A stretch of DNA of 58,468 bases from Sedimentisphaerales bacterium (lineage in GTDB: Bacteria > Planctomycetota > Phycisphaerae > Sedimentisphaerales > UBA12454): positions 1 to 58,468 of the forward strand of contig JBAVNP010000015.1 in NCBI GenBank assembly GCA_049691175.1, given 5' to 3'. The position numbers and the translations under genes were made by a program. Positions 54,131-58,468 of this stretch are shown one piece after another. A model generated the notes under the pieces. The model saw only the letters and a program-made list of their open reading frames with translations. It did not search any database and was not told where the DNA came from. Each line of letters begins with the position of its first letter. Within the stretch, counting starts at the first letter, position 1.

Positions 54131-55805
54131 CCTCTCTGCCCTTTAAAAAAAGTCCACGGTCTCTATCGAGGCTGGAAATGCGAAATTTGAACCGCTCGTC
54201 GTTCTTAAGCTGCTCAAAATTATCTTTCAATGTGATAACGCCGCTGTCGTTCAGATACCGCTTATAAATCTCATTAACGTCTTCTATAACAGGAACATTG
54301 CGTCCCAGATAATATACAAATGCCGGATCCAGTCTGCCGTAAGAAACAACCTCTCTGCCGCCCAACACCATGGCTGCTCGGCTGGCAAAATCACAAATTA
54401 TATAATTCTCATCTTCCTGCTCGTAACCAAGAACAGGCCAAATAAGAATAGATACACACAGAATCGCGAAAAGACACATTACTGCAACAACTTTTTTGTT
54501 CAGCCAGAACAGCACCGATACATTGAACAAAACTGCAACGATAACCACTGCCGTGCTTACCGTTACAAACTGCAGCGGATACAGCTCGCTTCGCATACAG
54601 ATAATCGCGCCTGCCGCAACGCAAAAAATGGCAAACAGATGGCCCACCCAGAAAACCATCGCGAACTTTTTGCTGTACGCCTTGTTGACAAATATCATAT
54701 CGTCGGCAATAATGCCCGCCAGAATCGCCATCGCCGGCATCAGCGGCAGAATATAATGCTGCCTCTTGCCCCCGCACAGCGTCATCACGACAATTCCCAC
54801 AGTGAACCACATCCACAGGTAAAACATCGTTTCGCGCTTTTTCTCCCATACAGGATAAAATGGCGCCGCCAGTCCTGCCGGTACAAAAGCGGAAAACGGC
54901 AAAAAGAAAATAAACATCACTCCCAGATAATAATAACCCGGCTTTTCGCCGGAGGCGTATTTGCCCATGAACCGGTCGACAAATTCTTTTTTCCAGACCG
55001 CCAGTGTTTTGCCCTGCCCCTTTGTTGATTCTGGCCCAGCCGTCTGCTGCTGTGCCGAAACGGAAGACTTTTGTATTTCATGCATCTTTGCGGCAACCAT
55101 TAGCGGCCAGGGCAGAACGATAAGCAGAAACAGAATTAATCCGACAACCGGCATAGTGCCTTTGATTTTTTGCCACTCTCGAAAAACGGCTAAATAAATA
55201 ATTATCGGCGGCACAATAATCAGCAGCGGCACAGGACCCTTGGCAAGCATCGCAAGTGCGAAACTAATCCAGAAAACAAGACCGTAGAAAATCCGCTCCC
55301 TGCGGGAGTAGGTATTAATCGCCGAATAAAAACTCATCATCGCGATTGCGACAAAAACGGTAAGCGACATCTCGGGCCTGCCCGTATGACTATACCTGAC
55401 ATAGCCAAGCGAGGTTGCCCAGATAAGTGATGAAAGAATGGCAATTCGCGTGCCCAGCCGGCCGGAAACAAAATAAAAAATCGCGATAACCGAAAGTGCC
55501 GCTAATATCGCGTTCGGCAAACGCACTATGCAGTCATTTATTCCGCCTGCTGCCATTGCCGCCGCCGCCACAAGCCAGTAATTCAATGGCGTCTTCTCAA
55601 GACGCGCCTCGCCGTTGTAATATGGTATAAGCCAGTTGCCGCCCGATGCCATTTCTTTTGCCGCGATTGCGACATAGGCCTCGTGATTACCCAGCCGCCT
55701 GGCTCCAAGAGCCCAAAACGACGTCAAAATCGATACCGCAACCACAGCGGCAAATGCCGCCTGCTGCAATATCCTGTCATACTTTTTTTTGCCGTGTCGC
55801 GCCAA
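54123..55805 (-). CDS. glycosyltransferase family 39 (ArnT/PMT-like) membrane protein
   Basis: Polytopic 560-aa ORF with an N-terminal ArnT-like pattern (E..YV..A.EM......IPY.NG....EKPPL..W). Confidence 0.82.
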   Translation of the reverse strand: MARHGKKKYDRILQQAAFAAVVAVSILTSFWALGARRLGNHEAYVAIAAKEMASGGNWLIPYYNGEARLEKTPLNYWLVAAAAMAAGGINDCIVRLPNAILAALSVIAIFYFVSGRLGTRIAILSSLIWATSLGYVRYSHTGRPEMSLTVFVAIAMMSFYSAINTYSRRERIFYGLVFWISFALAMLAKGPVPLLIIVPPIIIYLAVFREWQKIKGTMPVVGLILFLLIVLPWPLMVAAKMHEIQKSSVSAQQQTAGPESTKGQGKTLAVWKKEFVDRFMGKYASGEKPGYYYLGVMFIFFLPFSAFVPAGLAAPFYPVWEKKRETMFYLWMWFTVGIVVMTLCGGKRQHYILPLMPAMAILAGIIADDMIFVNKAYSKKFAMVFWVGHLFAIFCVAAGAIICMRSELYPLQFVTVSTAVVIVAVLFNVSVLFWLNKKVVAVMCLFAILCVSILIWPVLGYEQEDENYIICDFASRAAMVLGGREVVSYGRLDPAFVYYLGRNVPVIEDVNEIYKRYLNDSGVITLKDNFEQLKNDERFKFRISSLDRDRGLFLKGREGE

Positions 55806-55809
55806 CTAT

Positions 55810-57192
55810 TTAATCCTTACCCATTAGTTTAATTATCTGCTCAAGATTATTAGGACACTCAATCGGCGGATTACTGTATTTGCCGCCTTTTTCCTTATGA
55901 TAATTGACCGTAACGTTCGGGTCCTTCAGGCAATGCCCCGTAAGCACGCAGGCGACCTTCTCATTCGGCTTTATTGTTTTTTCCGCAAGCAGAACCGCCA
56001 GTCCCGCTATCGTCGCCGCCGACGCCGGTTCACAGCCAAGCCCGAACTTTCCTATCAGAGCCTTCGCATCCGTTATCGCCTCATCCGATACCGCCCGCAC
56101 AACGCCGTTGCATACGTCAATCGCACGCAGACATTTTTTCAGATTCACAGGCCGCGAAATCTCTATCGCTGAAGCGCAGGTATGCGGCGAAAACTTCTTT
56201 GCCGTAAGCTCTGCGTAGAAATCACTTATTATTTTATTATCTACACTGCCGTTATTCCATCTTAATTTCCTGTTATTTACAAGCTCGGTAAGAGTGTCCG
56301 CTCCCGTCGCGTTGATAATCGCCATCCTCGGCACTCGTTCTATAAGGCCAAGGGTCTTCAATTCATAAAACGCCTTGCCGAACGCGCTTGAGTTGCCCAG
56401 ATTCCCGCCCGGCACGATTATCCAGTCCGGCACTTCCCAGCCCAATCCTTCAAGAATGCGATACATTATTGTCTTCTGCCCTTCGAGCCGGAACGGATTT
56501 AGAGAATTAAGAAGATATAATTTCAATTCGGTGCAAACCGCCTGCACCTGTTTCATACAGTCGTCGAAGTCGCCGAGTATTTGAATGGTTTTCGCCCCGT
56601 AGTCCATCGCCTGGCTCAATTTGCCGAACGCTATTCTGCCAGACCCGATAAACACCGTGCATTTCATTCCGCAGTGATGTGCGTAAAGCGCAACTGCCGC
56701 GCTGGTATTTCCCGTCGATGCGCACGCGCACGATTTCGCCCCGACCATTTTCGCGTGACTGAACGCCGCGGTCATCCCGTTATCTTTAAACGAACCCGAT
56801 GGATTAAGCCCTTCGTATTGGAGATAGAGACTGCCCTTCTCCATTCCGAGAAACTCGGCGAGCATATCGTTTTGCTGCAGCAGTGTTTGTCCTTCGCCAA
56901 TTGTTATCTTGTATTTATCATCGCAGAAATCCAGCAGTTCTCTAAACCGCCACACACCGGAAAAATCAAGTTCATTTTCTCTTGTCGCCCATTTATGGTG
57001 AGCCTGTCGAACCCAGCGTTTGCCGAAATCGGACAGTTTCGCCGGCACTTTTATCTCGTTCCAGTTATAGCAGGCGTCGAGCAAATCGCCGCACTTGGGG
57101 CACTTGAAAAATGACTCATTACAGCTGAATTCTGCTCCGCAGTCGGGGTTGATGCACTTCTGATACGCTTTTTCCGCCATTCTATGCTCCAT
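55810..57192 (-). CDS. thrC: threonine synthase (long form with N-terminal zinc ribbon)
   Basis: CINPDCGAEF...CPKCGD head and the PLP lysine motif (NPSGSFKDNG). The start may instead be the ATG at 57180. Confidence 0.92.
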   Translation of the reverse strand: MEHRMAEKAYQKCINPDCGAEFSCNESFFKCPKCGDLLDACYNWNEIKVPAKLSDFGKRWVRQAHHKWATRENELDFSGVWRFRELLDFCDDKYKITIGEGQTLLQQNDMLAEFLGMEKGSLYLQYEGLNPSGSFKDNGMTAAFSHAKMVGAKSCACASTGNTSAAVALYAHHCGMKCTVFIGSGRIAFGKLSQAMDYGAKTIQILGDFDDCMKQVQAVCTELKLYLLNSLNPFRLEGQKTIMYRILEGLGWEVPDWIIVPGGNLGNSSAFGKAFYELKTLGLIERVPRMAIINATGADTLTELVNNRKLRWNNGSVDNKIISDFYAELTAKKFSPHTCASAIEISRPVNLKKCLRAIDVCNGVVRAVSDEAITDAKALIGKFGLGCEPASAATIAGLAVLLAEKTIKPNEKVACVLTGHCLKDPNVTVNYHKEKGGKYSNPPIECPNNLEQIIKLMGKD

Positions 57193-57377
57193 ATTTGCCG
57201 GTTAGTTATTGACCTGATACAATACCGCAATTCCACTCAAAAATCAAACATTTATAACCCTTTATTTATTAAACATTTCGGTTCGCCTGCCGCTTTTAAC
57301 TGTTTTTTCACTATTCCGCTCTTATAATCAATTCTATATTAAATTTTTACCCGCCTCAGGCGGGAAGGAGATTTATT

Positions 57378-57620
57378 ATGGATATTACTGCCGTCAGAGC
57401 GTTTTTTATGTGGTGTACGATTATTAACTTAGGATTGCTGTTTCTTTCATTTGCCGTCTGGATTTTCGCCGGCGATTTTGTCTATAGAATGCACAGCAAA
57501 TGGTTCACCCTTTCTAAAGAAGCGTTCAACGTGATTTTCTACTCATTCCTTGGAGCAATGAAGATTTTTGTCCTGTTTTTCAATCTCGTCCCTTGGATTG
57601 CCCTGCTCATCATTGGATAA
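57378..57620 (+). CDS. 80-aa integral membrane protein (paralog of 14838..15080)
   Basis: Same length and near-identical sequence and RBS as the 14.9-kb copy. Confidence 0.7.
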   Translation: MDITAVRAFFMWCTIINLGLLFLSFAVWIFAGDFVYRMHSKWFTLSKEAFNVIFYSFLGAMKIFVLFFNLVPWIALLIIG

Positions 57621-57702
57621 CTTGAGTTCGTTATTGATATTTGGAATTTGTTTAGGATTTAGTGCTTAGGATTTCGGATTTTTCAATACAAGGAGCTTTA
57701 TT

Positions 57703-58113
57703 ATGAACTTCGAAGAATTAAAACAGTTCACAAAGCAGACCGGCTGGGGTTATTTGGCTACTACAGATGGCAAAATCGTTGGCGTCCGTCCTATGGGTGG
57801 CCTGACATGGAAAGACAACGAGTTTCTATGTGCGACCTTTAGTGAATCGGACAAAATCAAGCAGCTTAAAAAAATCCCTTACGCCGAATATTGTTTTTGC
57901 GATTCGACAGGCAAGCACGTCCGCATCGCCGGCCCCTGTTCTATCAGCACCGACAACGCCGAAAAACTCTGGCTTTACAATCAGTTGCCGGAACTGAAGA
58001 AACATATCCCCGACCCCGCCGCCCCGCAGTATGTAATTATAAAGATGACCCCCGACAACATCCGCACAATGTCCGGCTCGGATATGAAATACGAACAGGT
58101 TAAAGTTAAATAA
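57703..58113 (+). CDS. pyridoxamine 5'-phosphate oxidase family protein
   Basis: 136 aa with a split-barrel PNPOx-like pattern. AAGGAG RBS. Confidence 0.75.
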   Translation: MNFEELKQFTKQTGWGYLATTDGKIVGVRPMGGLTWKDNEFLCATFSESDKIKQLKKIPYAEYCFCDSTGKHVRIAGPCSISTDNAEKLWLYNQLPELKKHIPDPAAPQYVIIKMTPDNIRTMSGSDMKYEQVKVK

Positions 58114-58122
58114 TTTGTTTAG

Positions 58123-58146
58123 CCCCCAGTTTCACTGGGGGTTTTC
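58123..58146 (+). terminator. rho-independent terminator
   Basis: CCCCCAGT-TTC-ACTGGGGG followed by TTTTC, 10 nt after the stop codon. Confidence 0.7.
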
Positions 58147-58305
58147 GGTTCGTGGTTAGCCCTGCCATCACGGAGTTTACCCCCGAGCAGGCAGGGGGCA
58201 GGGTTTGTTATTCTTTCACTGGGGTCATTTTATCGGCCAGCCGCTGTGGGCGGCGATTACTTCGTCAATTACCTTTACCTTCCACTATCGCTATTTCTTC
58301 CGGCG

Positions 58306-58449
58306 TTAACCAAACAAATGTCGCTGAATAGTTGAGGAAGAAAATCCGTTTTTCCGCAGTATTTCAAGATATTCGTCTTTGCTGATACGCTGGAAATCCT
58401 TTATTTTGCTTTTTATTTCCGTATTCCAATAATCATCATAATCTAACAT
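58306..58449 (-). CDS. 47-aa small ORF (intact paralog of the interrupted ORF at 17563), possibly itself a frameshifted remnant
   Basis: MLDYDDYWNTEIKSKIKDFQRISKDEYLEILRKNGFSSSTIQRHLFG*. Below the ORF-track size cutoff. The upstream region is cut by the window edge. Confidence 0.35.
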   Translation of the reverse strand: MLDYDDYWNTEIKSKIKDFQRISKDEYLEILRKNGFSSSTIQRHLFG

Positions 58450-58468
58450 TTTCGGATTGAGGTCTTTT

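Overview
This 58.5-kb window is a chromosomal segment of a diderm bacterium. PEP-CTERM sorting tails, a DUF1593 protein, LptE/BamD-like genes and a four-helix-bundle insert suggest a Planctomycetota/Phycisphaerae-like organism, but that is a low-confidence inference. Most of the window is densely packed housekeeping. On the minus strand: a bamD-like/lptE-like/ftsH/dsbD/nth/LOG operon, cstA, a SurA-like PPIase, leuA-leuC-leuD-[four-helix-bundle insert]-leuB, and a thrC/GT39/tlpA/E2-like operon. On the plus strand: purC, aroK, asd, truA, a GT4 glycosyltransferase, ftsK, tRNA-Arg(TCG), arfB, a GAF-PP2C phosphatase, cmk-plsC-ispH-rpsA, a sigma-70 family factor, apt, aroB, ffh-rpsP-trmD-rplS, yraN and tatD. 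I saw no rRNA, CRISPR array, transposase or integrase. The main accessory region lies at about 10.6-14.8 kb. It holds a Cys-rich small protein and an HNH/AP2 endonuclease on the plus strand. Converging on them is a markedly AT-rich block of four minus-strand genes: DUF488 + unknown 261 aa, then unknown 104 aa + a STAS-like/GHKL-ATPase fusion. I regard this block as the best candidate for an undescribed conflict or defence system. Other points worth a second look are listed here.
- A 103-105-nt element with perfect 15-bp terminal inverted repeats occurs twice, each time 1 nt after a stop codon; one copy sequesters the cmk RBS.
- Two families of short GC-rich repeats occur both intergenically and in frame inside dsbD, truA, the surA-like gene, tatD and the HNH gene.
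- A Leu-rich 24-codon leader ORF with an overlapping hairpin lies upstream of leuA.
- A 1.7-kb DUF1593 cassette is flanked by a duplicated glycosyltransferase 3' end.
- A standalone E2 acyltransferase domain lacks the catalytic His.
- A decayed 1.1-kb intergenic region contains an interrupted small ORF.
All homology calls are from motif recognition by eye; no searches were run.
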